The notes under the pieces were generated by a model. The model worked only from the letters and a program-made list of their open reading frames with translations. It did not search any database and was not told where the DNA came from. From Nemertoderma westbladi (lineage: Eukaryota > Animalia > Xenacoelomorpha): DNA of 64,000 nucleotides. A program made the translations under genes and the position numbers. The stretch is taken from assembly GCA_032718475.1 (NCBI GenBank), contig JAUCBJ010001241.1, positions 1 through 64,000 on the forward strand, in the 5' to 3' direction. Within the stretch, counting starts at the first letter, position 1, and the number at the start of each line of letters is the position of its first letter. Positions 49,831 to 62,836 of this stretch are shown piece by piece.

Positions 49831-50691
49831 CCCGCCCTGTCTCGTGAATTCAATTGGAAATTACATAAATTTGTTAACATTGTTTCAATGGGCTGCGGTA
49901 AACCGCAATTTGGCTCGTTCACATTCAGCGGTGTACCGGGCCTTAAAATTTCTTACGGACTGTATTTATCGGTATTAATATTCGTTACATTTGATTATTG
50001 TGACAATTATTTCAGTTTGAAGTTGTATAAAAATATTTAGCGAACACTATGATTAAATCAGTAATCATAACTAACTACACCCCTTTAGATTTGTAGCTTT
50101 ATGGTAAATATATGCCATACTAATCTTACCATTTGTGTGGCATTCGCTTGTGTATGTCTCAATATAGGCTCTATTCACAATTTTGTAAGGCTCCACCCAT
50201 CACCATTCTGCAATATAAATCAATAATTCCAATCAGTGAATAATTCATGTAAATATCTTCCATCCAATGTTAATATTTTCATTAACAGGTGCGTTTGTTT
50301 AAATTTATTGTATAATTTATGCAAAATATTTATAAAAAATTAGTTATCTTTGTTTTGCGACGTGTGTGTGTGTGTATGCGCCTTCTAACATTACTTGTTG
50401 GGTTGGTCTAATATTATTAATAATATACATGCCATTCATTATATTGATCACTTCTTGATTGAGCTAAAATCTATTAGGTAGTTTAGCTACTTTCGAATCT
50501 TATCATTTCCTCCTACAGTTTAATATAATAATTTATCCGTATATTTTTGTTAGTATCTATTCCTAAAATGAACAATGATCTTATTCAGATAGTAAAGTAT
50601 CTAAGATACTTAATGACGATAAAAATAATGAACTTCTCAAGATGAACATTTGATTTTAAACCTATGAATTACGTTATCTACACCCTGTTTG

Positions 50692-50828
50692 GGACAGTAA
50701 TTAGGTGCTGCCGACCATCCTGGGTCATTTATCTCGAATAATCGGACCTGTGTTGACAGTTGACACATCTCCTATTATTGAAGATAAATGACTTTGGATG
50801 ATCGGTGGCAGCAAAGGGATTACTGTCC
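50692..50828. repeat. Imperfect 137-bp hairpin
   Basis: GGACAGTAAT/ATTACTGTCC, TGCTGCC/GGCAGCA, GTCATTTATCT/AGATAAATGAC and TGTGTTGA/TTGACACA arms around a 3-nt loop. Confidence 0.8.
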
Positions 50829-52074
50829 TTCCACTACTTTGATTCGGCACCACTGATACAGAAGAACCATCACTCTAAAAGTTACTGATAAATGTTAGCT
50901 GATAGTTGTTAGATAAAAGTTAAATGATATTAAAGTTATTGTTATTTCATACAACGAGAATATCATTGTTGATAAAGTAAATACCCACCTCTATCATCGT
51001 TGTGTAATATCAAATAAAAGGTAATGAAACGGATTTAGGCATAAAATTTGCCTACTATATTGTGTTACCCATAATAATATTATTCTTACGTTGCCATTGT
51101 TTGTTAAAGCATAATACCCCACCCATACTTAGATTATATTTGCTTTTAATCAGAAAGGAGATTTATTGTGTACAATATTTTGTTTTGATATATTGTGTAC
51201 AATACATTAGTACAGTACTTTATATTACTGTAGTTTGAGGATTAATACATTGTGCAGTTCAGTTATAAAAATATTATTGTGATGTGGAAGTTTGGGGTGG
51301 AGGCGTGACTGTGTCTACATCTATATTGGATGAATGCATTGTTTTTTTACATATATTCCCTTGACGTAAACATTTGCATCTGACTCTAAACTTTAATTAC
51401 AAGTTTTAAATTATAATATTTTCCAGTTTAATTACGGTAACTATTAATACGTCATTGTACTTTTTAGTCGACGTTTAGATGTACTGTATGTTTGCTAGTG
51501 TGAACGTATGCCACAGGGGCCTCATATAATAATAGTAGGTCGTAGGTTGAACGCTAGTGATTATATAAGCTTCTACTTCTACAATACCATCTGCTCCTTA
51601 ACTTCTTCAACAACTACAAGTACTACTACTACAACTAAAACCACTATTTATCAATTAAACTCGAAGTATTTGTCATTGGAAGTCAACGGACCATACTTTT
51701 TATAATTATTATTGGTGTTTTGGGTGAATCAGTAGTTTCATATTATAGGCGAGTAAATCTAGCCAAAAAAGGGGGTCAAGCCATAACAAATTCGCAATTC
51801 AACCAAACCAAACCAATTTAATTTATCTTTGTTCTATATTACCTTGTTTATATTTAATACCAAAAAATGATATAAAAATATATTATGCGGATCAGGTTCA
51901 ATTTCCTGTTTCTTTCCTTAGCAACATGGATTTTACATAGCAAAAAGGGGTCTACTGATGGGATTTTCTACAAATTTGGTACAGACACTCTTTACTCTAA
52001 TATTGACTATCGATTGACTGAAGTATGCACTTCTAGATAGTTACCAATTTAGTTTCCAGAGCCTAATCATTTAA

Positions 52075-53104
52075 CCTTTTTAATACCAAATTTGCTGGTA
52101 CAATAAAGTGAGCATAAAGTGATTTTATTTACACCACTTCTCTACTAAACGGGTGGATGTTACCTCGCCCATCGGATTTATTGACCTCAAAATATGAAAG
52201 TTAAAATTTTTACCTAATATGTTTTTCCTATATAGGTTTTCTAGAGCGCTGAAACCATTGGAAGAAGATATTTAACAATCATCCGGATACTATAAATGGC
52301 AGTTTTAGTCCTCTATGTAGGCAATAATGAAAAAAACAAGTAACCAGCACTTTTCGTTTTGAACAGAAAACATTTAATTTACTTATACCATGCTATAAAT
52401 TCATTTGTTAGGTTTTTCTGGGGCGCTGATTCTAATGGAATACATTTTATAATGCTTCATATCAATACAACTCGTATTTATCGGCGTAATATGGCAAATT
52501 TTGGTGCTAGCACCAAATTTCGCACCCACGTCCGTAAAATACAAGCTTCAGATGCCCATTGCTGTTTTTACTAATTCCATCGGATTCAGCACCCTACCAC
52601 AATACGATTTTACTATCTGTTTTGATCAATTTGCTTAATTTCAAAATGTTGGTATTGCACAAAAATTTTGCACCCACTTCCGAAAAATACAAGATGGAGA
52701 TGTTTAACTAGATTTTCATTTATTCCATTGATTTCAAAAACCCCATAAACCTGTAAAATGCTAGAAACAAGATGTCACATTAAATTGAATATTGGAAAAT
52801 ATTAAAATTATATTTTAGAATTTTAAAATTTCGTGTTGGAACCAAATATTGCACCCGGCATCGAAACATTCAAGATCAATTTACCATCAAATTACAATAT
52901 TGACAAATGTTCAAATTTATGTGCCTGCACCAAAATTTGGCACCCGCCGAAAAATACAAGTTTGAAATTTCTAGCACATTTTATATGTATTCCGTCGAAA
53001 TGCGAACACCAATAACCGGTGTAAATAAAAAATAAATGTGTTACCATTCATATTTCATGAAAATTAATTTTCAAAAACGTCTCAAAAATAGTGCCAATAG
53101 TGGG
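52075..53104. mobile_element. Possible piggyBac-like non-autonomous element
   Basis: TTAA|CC... and ...GGG|TTAA ends; internal repeats GCAC(C/A)AAA.TT.GCACCC...AAAATACAAG at ~52510, 52657 and 52927. TIR identity is poor. Confidence 0.35.
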
Positions 53105-54749
53105 TTAAAAAATGGTGCTATAACTCGAAAAGTTCCCAATATTTTTTAAAACCATATATATATACATATACACATATATGCACATATACATATATATACG
53201 ACCAATATAATTATTACATATGACGACCAGTATAATTAAGTGTATAGGCCCGTCGCCGTATGCATCAGAGTCAAAAGAATGTAATGGGTGAATGCAGACC
53301 TACTGTACGCGTAAATAATGATATTAAAACAGGGCACAGTGATAAAACGAGTCAGATCAGTGTGTGAGGTGTGAGAGGTACGATCTACGAGCGATACTAA
53401 AAATTAAATGGCACTACGAAGAGGATTTATGAATCATAATCATACCAGTGACTACGGGGTAGAGCTGATAGATGAGTTCACAATCCGACTGTAGGGCTCT
53501 TAAACGTATGTTCATATACTGAAGTACACAGTTTAAACCCACGTTAAAAGTCCTATGTGATTGTGATGGAGACGGTCGAACATCATAAACCATATCTAAG
53601 GACCAGCAATCACCTAAATAGAGTACCACAAAATTGAAAAAAGTTTTTATAAAATCAAGAATAAAAAAAGACGTGGCAACTCGCGCTTACCCATTCCTCA
53701 TGTTTGTCGCCATCGCAATGGGAAGGATAAAGGATCAGGGGGCCGAGCCTCCGAGGTTTCCAAATCCCAAAAGTGAGACAGATTGACAGGCTGTATTCTA
53801 GAAAAGATACTGTATAAGGACTTGTCAGATGACGAAGTGCACTTGTGGAGAGATAACAAACAAAACCTACGCATAGCCATAGACTATACGTACCATACGG
53901 CCAGACACTACCGGTTACCGGTACACGATCTCACCTGTAACCTGTCTTCCCGTAGCAGAACAAACCATAGGCCTACACCTGTAACAGTACAGCAGTATAA
54001 GTATAAGACATCCTTATGGTGTTAGTGACATTTTTATAGTCTGATAGTAGACCCAACTTTCTGGTACCAGTTGGTCTGATATACCCTATATACCGGTACA
54101 TGTAATCATTGGTATAATTGTTTGATTTGTATTATTAGGCCAATTGAACAGTCTGAAATAGGCCGGAAGCCCGAAACGTTACTCAACTAACAGCACCGAG
54201 TGTTTTCATTGTCAGCGATAGACCCTCATGCCCCAAATCCACAAACCACTTAATGGTGTGTTGTGGTGATAACATATTAGACCAAAACGCCATTTACCAG
54301 TTTACCGCAGTCTCTCTATGTACGTACAATATACATAGTGTAAGATGAGAAACCGACCGCAGATGTTGCTTTGTTATTCTATTCTTCCATTGTTCCATAC
54401 AAAGCATATTATTTATTATTGAATGAATTGCGATGCAAGATCCATGTTATATTGCTATCAATCTGGAATCTATTTTTGTTAATCCGACAAACAAATTGGA
54501 ATCGCTCTCCCTCATTAAACATACTATCGTTTGGGATATATCTCATCCTTATATAGATAAGAAGGATACTTTTTTTTTTATAAATTCACATTTACAGAAT
54601 CTGGTAAATATTCCTTTTATGTGGTAATATCAAAACACTGGTAAAACATTAGTGTTTGCGTGATTTTTATATACTGTAGATTTAAATTTTCTTGAAAGAA
54701 CCATCTTGTTGAGGTTGACTAATCAATTGGTATCTTTACGGTATCTTTC

Positions 54750-54834
54750 TGTGGCGGTGCAATTTTGTCGATAAGCCGGCACAGCATTCTTAAAAATGCA
54801 GCTGCAATGCAGCATGCCGATCCTAGTAGTAATA
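54750..54834 (+). mobile_element. 85-bp RTE 3'-end insertion with TSD
   Basis: Matches ~46700-46780 almost exactly; flanked by the TSD GGTATCTTTAC (54729-54739 and 54835-54845). Confidence 0.92.
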
Positions 54835-55319
54835 GGTATCTTTACTATGGATGGTTTATTATTAACTGATAAGTCTTAATACTAACAATAGCGCGATAGT
54901 AATAAAAACATTTCAATAGTGCAAACGTTTCGATATATTACATCATATGTGGAGTTATACCAAAATTCGAACCCACGGCCTCCAGAGAGATGTTAATTCA
55001 ATGCAACCACTACACAAACGTGGCACCTGGTGATCAGTATTATTTATAGTATATTCATTTTTACCTAGAATATTTAGTTTGGTAACCAATAATTTGGCTA
55101 AGTTATAAGCTTGAGGAGTATCAATGGCAGATAAATTAGGGGGAGTTGGACATCCTGACTTATGAACTTTGGGGAGTCCGTATAGTATTCCCAGATGGGT
55201 TCTAACCGGTTGTAAAGATTTGAACTCATTTATTAACCGATTGAATGGAGCAATTGGGCAACAAACAGAAGCTTATGTGTGCCCTTTGGCCAACTTTAAG
55301 AGGAATGAATTAAGCCAAA

Positions 55320-58232
55320 CCCTGTGACCTAAGTGCATCGTCAACCCAACCGACCCTGTACCCCAAGTGCATCATCAACCCAACCGACCCTGTACCCTAA
55401 GTGCATCATCAACCCAACCGACCACGTGCCCTACGTGCATCGTCAACCCAACCGACCCTGTGCCCTGAATGCATCATCAACCCAACCGACACTCTGCCAT
55501 AAGTGCATTTTCAACCCATCGACCCTGTGCCCTATGTGCATCGTCAACTAAACCGACCCTGTGCGATGATAGCATCATCAACCCAACTGACCCTGTACCC
55601 TAAGTGCATCGTCAACCCAACCGACCATGTGCCCTATGTGCATCGTCAACCAAACCGACCCTATGTGCTGAGAGCATCGTCAACCCAACCGACCCTGTGC
55701 GCTGAGAGCATTGTCAACCTAACCGACCCTGTACCATAAGTGCATCATCAACCCAACTGACTCTGTGCCCTAAGTGCATCATCAACCCAACTGACCCTGT
55801 GGCCTACGTGCATCGTCAACCGAACCGACCCTGTGCCCTAAGTGCATCGTCCACCCAACCGACCCTGTGCCCTAAGTCTATCATCAACCCAACCGATCAC
55901 GACACCCTATGCCCTAAGTGCATCGTCAACCGAAACGACCCTCTGTGCTGAGAGCATCGTCAACCCAACCGACCCTGTACCCTAAGTGCATCATCAACCC
56001 AACCAACCCTGTGCCCTACGTGCATTGTTAACTGAACTGACCATGTGCCCTGAGTGCATCGCCGACCAAGCCGACCCTGTGCCCTAAGTGCATCATCAAC
56101 CAAACCGGCCCTGTGCCCTGAGAGCATCATCAACCCAACTGATCCTGTGCCATGAGTGCATCGTCAACACAACCGAATGTGTGCCCTAAGTGCATTGTCA
56201 ACTCAACTGACACTCGGCCCTAAGTGCATCGTCAACCCAACTGACCCCCAACTGATCACGACACCCTATGCCATAAGTGCATCATCAACCAAACTGATCA
56301 TGTGCCAGAGTGCATCGTCAACACAACCGAATGTGTGCCCTAAGTGCATCCTCAACACAACCAACCCTGTGCCCTGAGAGCATCGTCAACCCAACCGACC
56401 ACGAGACATACGTGCATCGTCAACCCAATCGACCCTGTGCCCTAAGTGCATCATCAACCCAACCAACACTCTGCCATAAGTGCATCATCAACACAACTGA
56501 CCCCCAACCTATCACGACACCATATGCCCTAAGTGCATCATCAGCCCAACCGATCCTGTGCCCTACATGCATCATCAACCCAACCCACCATGTGCCCTAA
56601 GTGCATCATCAACCCAACCGACCATGTGTCCTAAGTGCATCATCAACAGAACCGACCCTGTGCCCTGAGAGCATCATCAACCCAACCGATCCAGTGCACT
56701 AAGTGCATCGTCAACTCAACCAACCATGTGTCCTAAGTGCATCATCAACCCAACCAACCCTGTTCCCTAAGTGCATCGTCAACCGAACCGACCCTGTGCC
56801 CTAAGTTCATCATCAACCCAACCGACCCTGTGCCATAAGTGCATCATCAACCCAACCAACCCTGAGCCCGGGCATCGTCAACCCAACTGACCCTGTGCCC
56901 TAAGTGCATCATCAACAGAACCGACCCTGTGCCCTGAGAGCATCATCAACCCAACCGACCCAGTGCACTAAGTGCACCATCAACCCAACCAACCATGTGC
57001 CCTAAGTGCATCATCAACCCAACCGACACTCTGCCCTAAGTGCATCATCAACCCAACTGATCCTGTGCCATGAGTGCATTGTCAACACAACCAAATGTGT
57101 GCCCTAAGTGCATCCTCAACACAACCAACCCTGTGCCCTGAGAGCATCGTCAACCCAACTGACCATGAGCCCTACGTGCATCGTCAACCCAATCGACCCT
57201 GTGCCCTAAGTGCATCATCAACCCAACCACCACTCTGCCATAAGTGCATCATCAACCCAACCGACTACGAGCCCTACGTGCATCGTCAACCCAATCAACC
57301 CAGTGCCCTAAGTGCATCATCAACCCAACCAACACTCTGCCATAAGTGCATTATCAACCCAACCGACCCTGTGCCGTGAGAGCATCGTCAACCCAACCGA
57401 CCATGAGCCATACGTGCATCGTCAACCCAATCGACCCTGTGCCCTAAGTGCATCATCAACCCAACCAACACTCTCCCATAAGTGCATCATCAACCAAACC
57501 GACCATGAGCCCTACGTGCATCGTCAACCCAATCGACCCTGTGCCCTAAGTGCATCATCAACCCAACCAACACTCTGCCATAAGTGCATCATCAACCCAA
57601 CCGACCACGAGCCCTACATGCATCGTCAACCCAATCGACCCAGTGCCCTAAGTGCATCATCAACCAAACCATCCATGTGCCATGTGAGCATCGTCAACCC
57701 AACTGACCCTGAGCCCTATGTGCATCATCAACACAACCGACCATTTGTCCTAAGTGCATCGTCAACCAAACCGACCCTGTACCCTAAGTGCTTCATCAAC
57801 CCAACCGACCCTGTGCCCTACTTGCGTCATCAACCCAACCGATCATGTGCCGTACGTGCATCGTCAACCCAACCGACCCTGTGCCCTACGTGCATCGTCA
57901 ACCCAACCGACCCTGTGCCCTATGTGCATCATCAACCCAACCGACCCTGTACCCTAAGTGCATCATCAACCGAACCGGCCCTGTGCCCTGAGAGCATCAT
58001 CAACCGAACCGACCTTGTGCCCTGAGAGCATCATGAACCAAACCGATCCTGTGCCCTACGTGCATCGTCAACCGAACCGACCCTACCTTAAGTGCATTGT
58101 CAACCAAACCAACCCTGTGCCCTAAGTGCATCGTCAACCCAACCGACCATGTGGCCAAAGTGCATCGTCACCCAACCGACCACGACCCTGTACCCTGAGT
58201 GCATCATCAACCCAACCGACCATCTACCCCAA
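55320..58232. repeat. 34-bp diverged minisatellite/satellite (~85 units)
   Basis: Consensus GTGCATC(A/G)TCAACCCAACCGACCCTGTGCCCTAA; a 102-bp trimer periodicity is visible at ~57140-57660. Confidence 0.95.
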
Positions 58233-59127
58233 GTCATATCATATTTCACATGTATAAGCTGTTAAAACATATATTGAAATGTTGTTTATTGTTATTGCGC
58301 TATTGTTTGTAATAAGACTTCAATACCTAACTGGTAAACTATTTTACTTCTGCAATCCATTCACTGGTAATTCTACTATAATTTTGTATTTTTTTTTACA
58401 GTACAAACTAGTACAACTTTCAACCAATTTTGAGATTATTTAAAAGATGTATTCCCCAATGAAATGGTAAAGGAGTACTTGGAACTTAGAATTCTTGAAC
58501 TTCAAGCAAAAAATTTTATTTCTTTTCCGGCAGTATTTTTTTGTTCTAAACAACTTTTTGTGGTCCAATATAGAGTTAGTTTCGATAAACTACCACAACA
58601 TGGCAACGTAACATATTGTGGGTTGGGAAAGTTTGACCCCAGTGTATATTGAAAGAATCCCCCCCCCCCCCCCACCCCCCTCCAATCAAGAAATTAAAAC
58701 TTTAGCTAGGCCTACCGTGATAAATAACTTCACTCTTGAAAACCACCATATTGTATATGATCGACACGCCCAGATATAGCAATGTAAAGTGAGTTCAGGC
58801 TCAATGTATAATGTAGATAAATTAAGTATATTGATATTTTAGAGTTTGTATATTAGGCACTCTGAATATATATATTCCATATGTTAAAAATAATAAAGTA
58901 ATAGGAACGCATTTTTAACAACCATGTTCAAAATGATCCAAAATAATATATTCATATGTTTTTTTATATTCCATATGTATATGTATCTCCAGGACACCCA
59001 CAGGCGCCGCAAGGAGTATTTTAACAGTACCCGAGGTTACATTTAATTGGTTTTTTATTTGGTTTATGACGGAAATGTCTTCAATTTATTTAAAGATTTG
59101 TAATTGTTTTATATAATCATAATTTTT

Positions 59128-59387
59128 GCAGCAGCTTGGTCTAGTGGTGACATTACTGGGCTTCCGATTAGGGTGCCCTGGTTCGATCCCTAGATGGGGC
59201 AGCACTGTTTGGGCACAGTTCTTTAAATGCTGCAGCCTATCCCAACCCCGGCTTTCATCCTTCAGTGGTCGATAAATGGGAACCAAGGCAACTTGGGAAA
59301 CAGAGTGGAAGGGTTTACTGTGGAAGATCACCCATGGTGGTGAACAGGCATTCCTTGGCTTAACGAGCCTAAAAGATTCTCCCATTC
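59128..59387 (+). mobile_element. Full-length tRNA-derived SINE with 14-bp TSD
   Basis: A box TGGTCTAGTGG, B box GGTTCGATCCC, central GCTTTCATCCTTCAGTGGTCGATAAATGGGAACC; TSD ATAATCATAATTTT at 59113-59126 and 59388-59401. Confidence 0.88.
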
Positions 59388-60989
59388 ATAATCATAATTT
59401 TCTTAGTAAATAAAGTTATATTTGCTGTAGTAGTGTGTGCGCATAGGTATTCCACGAATGTGATGCTCAGTCGATCATTTTTAGCAGCATGAATCAGCAA
59501 CATCAGATAGTTATTGATTCAAGGATTTATTCCCAGAAACACATTCACTCTTTGGTGATTCTCTTTGATCTCAAGACAAACATTCGATCGACAGCGTTTG
59601 GCAGTTACATTTCTACATTGAGTTTGAAAGACATAGTTTTAATGAACGAAACATTGAATGTCAATACTACACTTCAAGTTTCAAAACATCAGTGAATTAT
59701 TTTATAAATATAACATTACTGAGATGTTAGAATCGACAACAGCGTCATAACCGCATCCTGCTTCTCAACACTTCAACACTACTCTGGCCTACACTACTTA
59801 GTGGTTATCAGTACTAAATAAGTGAATGCACCCTTCAATGTGTACCTTTTTAGCTCCAAATATTTTACAAATTTATATATATTTAGTTGGTAGAATAATT
59901 CAGTAGTACTGAATATCATGTCATTGTAGCCAAATATCAGAAATCTTACTCCAAGTAATGTTTACAGGATTAATTGGTTCCACCGTTTACCATGTTTTGT
60001 AAATGTTTCAAGTGGAGGTGAAATTTCCAAAAGAACCCAAAGAACCAATGACGAATTTCTCTCATTATAACTGTCACCATAAAATAAACATTAACTCATC
60101 AGTTCGTTGTTATACAATGAAAAGTTACTGTATTATTCAGTGGCGTTGCAACCTTGACCTATTTGGCTGTATTCATTGGGAGACAAATAGACCGAGACCT
60201 TGAGATAATAATAGAATTCAGCAGTCCTCAGCCCCTCCTCGAGCTGTTTTTCTTTCCTCGTGTCGCTCTATTAATGCGAAGGTCGCTCTCCTATGACGGA
60301 AGAACTGATCCACAATAATTAGAGCTAAATCTCTTCATCGGGAACACCTCAGAAACATGTCATAATACTTTTCCGTTCCAAGAGTTCTATTAATCTCACC
60401 TTGATATCGGCACATTGCGAGGGACGTACACTGGAGAACGGCTTATTGCACTCATCATTAACTTTTCTTGATGAACCCACTCGAGCTTGTATGATAGGAA
60501 TCTACTGCTACTTAGGGTTGTAAGAGACAGCAACATATCAACTAATCAGCAGCATAATTATAGCATATTGTCTTGTCATCATTTTTCACCCAGATTGGGC
60601 TGCAAGTCCATTTACTAACAACAGGGGGGGTTGATGGATTTTGTCATATCATATTTCTTTTGCTGTACAATTTACAAATTCCACGTCAGCATGGAGTGCG
60701 ATTAGCAACAAAATTTTACTTATGGTTCAAATACTGAACCGAACAATAATGGTTAGAATATTTCCCTTGTTATTTGCAATAAAGTTGAATTATTAGACGA
60801 GATATGCAATGCAACCTGGAAATTTCTACCTTCATCAATAATCCATAAAACCAAAATGCTGCTGGTTATATTTATATTCAATTGCTTTATCACTATTGGT
60901 CGTCCATTCCGTAACAGTCAGTCAAGTGCATGAAAAATATAGGATTAAAGAGCGTGGGAAAAATACAGGTACTTAAAATTTAAGGAAAA

Positions 60990-61625
60990 ATTATTCCGTA
61001 TTTGGCTGTCAGTTCTTTCACTGCCATTTTCAACTTTGTCAGTCGAGCTTTAGACAAGTACAGAAAACGTAACTTGCTACAGATTATAAAGATAATCTGA
61101 ACTTTCACGTTCGGGTCAAGTCCTTTATGTCTTTGCCATTCCTTCCCTTTCGTGACATATATGGTGGTGTCGATGACTTAGTGGAGGACGCTCCACTAAC
61201 TGTCGATGTAGAACAGAGCGTGGAGTATTACGAGAAGAATTACATTGGGCGACAACTAAGTAACGGTAAAGGGTCAGTCTCATGTTTCCCACTAGCCACT
61301 TGGAACGTTATTGGCCGTGTGTTTGAATATCTTCCGCGGACCTACAACGCAGTTGAGGGTGGACATTGTGCGACTAGCACATAACGTCAATCTTGTACAT
61401 TCAAATCTTTGGAAGCTTATTGAAGGACTCCAACGTGAAGATGCCCATTCTCTAACTCAGTTTATTCACTTGTCAAGAGGTGATGCAACAGCAGTGAAAG
61501 GCAGCGCCATGACGCGAGAAAAGCGCTTGGCTGCAACGATTACTCGTTACGACAGGGAGGATAAACTTCCCTTTCTGAGAATCATTGGCCACAACTCCAA
61601 GGTTGTTTCTGATGGGTCTGATTAG
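60990..61625 (+). pseudogene. Mutator/MULE transposase C-terminal remnant
   Basis: GC..FH..CQS, SLPFLP, YYEKNYIG, FPLATWNV, LPRTYNAVEGGH (the PRTNNxxEGWH catalytic-E motif), HSNLWKLIEGLQRE. Confidence 0.85.
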
Positions 61626-61944
61626 GTACAGAGAATTGTACCAAGCAAGATAATAATACTTGGGTAATATCTACTTTTAAATATATACCGGTACAGAGTT
61701 CATATTACTTTATATATGTTTATACCATATGCCTATATCTGTATATATTAAGAATTATAGCTTATTTAATAATTAACTATGCAGTATTGATACGCAGCTA
61801 ATTAATTTATAATTAAATTTACAATCTTGTTATTTGAGTAGTGCCCAATTAATAATTATAGTATTAAATATTTACAGAGTTTTATGTCTACTTTTAAATA
61901 TAACTGAAGTTTGTTAACCAATAATTATCAACATCTTCCCATTC

Positions 61945-62245
61945 GGGGGGGGGGGGGGGGGGAGTGTCCGAGGGGGAAGTGTCCTACTTGCACGGGGGGA
62001 AGTGTCCGGGTGGGAAGTGTCCGAGGGGGAAATTTCCGGGGGGAAGTGTCCGGCTAGAAGTGTCCGGGGGGGAAGTGTCCGGGGGCAGAAGTGTCCGCAC
62101 ATCGATGATGCGGATCTAGGACACTTCCCCCCGGACAGTTCCCCCCGGACAGTTCTCCCCGGACACTTCCCCCCGCTCATGTAGGACACTTTCCTCCCGG
62201 ACACTTCCCCCCGGACACTCCCCCTCCCCGGACACTTCCCCCCAG
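61945..62245. mobile_element. Two opposed MULE-type TIRs built from ~14-bp GGGGGGAAGTGTCC subrepeats
   Basis: GGGGAAGTGTCC repeats at 61945-62103, then GGACACTTCCCCCC repeats at 62113-62245. Confidence 0.75.
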
Positions 62246-62319
62246 TTGTTAAAGTGTTAAAATTAATCTGGCATCAAAGCAATAAACAAAAGTTAAAGAT
62301 GGTTACAGGACAAGTTGTA

Positions 62320-62836
62320 TCTAGTCAAGTTTTTTCAAAATCATAAAAGATAAATTTTTTATAGTCAAATTTTGTTTGTTTTTCTTTTTATTGGGGGCTG
62401 CCGCCCCCAAAGCCCCGCTTCTTTTATTAGGGCTGCCGCCCATAAACCCAGGCATTTCCCTGTGTGCCCGAGGTGAAAGACCGTGGGCTCGAATAATACT
62501 TGGCACAGTAAGTACTTCTTTGTTAGTTGGCCTTCCTATTGAATGCATTACCAGGCCATCTCTATACATTTTTTTCATGAGTGCCAGCTGGTCTTTTTAT
62601 CATTGCGCCTATGGCGATTTTCGTGTTTTGGGGCTATTTTTCGAAATAAAACAAGTTGAGATGTTTCAATTTAAACCGCGATTTCACAAGTACCCATAGA
62701 AATCTATTTTCATGGTTCATGCAAAATTTCATCAAAATCGTTAGAGCCGTTTTTGCTCTAGGTCAGTAGCCAGTAGTCAGTAGCCAGTAGCTTTTTTTTT
62801 CTTACATTACAGTAATCAAGTCTAACGACTTGCTAA
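62320..62836 (-). mobile_element. HINE/Helentron-like element (same family as 4349-4625)
   Basis: The minus strand begins T-run + AGCAAGTCGTTAGACTTGATTACTGTAA, then (CTACTG(G/A))n and CTCTAACGATTTTGATGAAATTTT, and later CGCCATAGGCGCAATG. The distal end is approximate. Confidence 0.65.

Noticed and set aside
54150-54183. Second hammerhead-like motif AGT-CTGAAATA-GGCCGGAAGCC-CGAAACGTT-ACT
   Set aside because: The CUGANGA core is broken and no Penelope sequence is recognisable nearby.
55333-58025. Pro/Cys/His-rich ORFs in the 34-bp array
   Set aside because: The unit is not a multiple of 3 and stops (cctaag, cctgag) are frequent; the frames are incidental.
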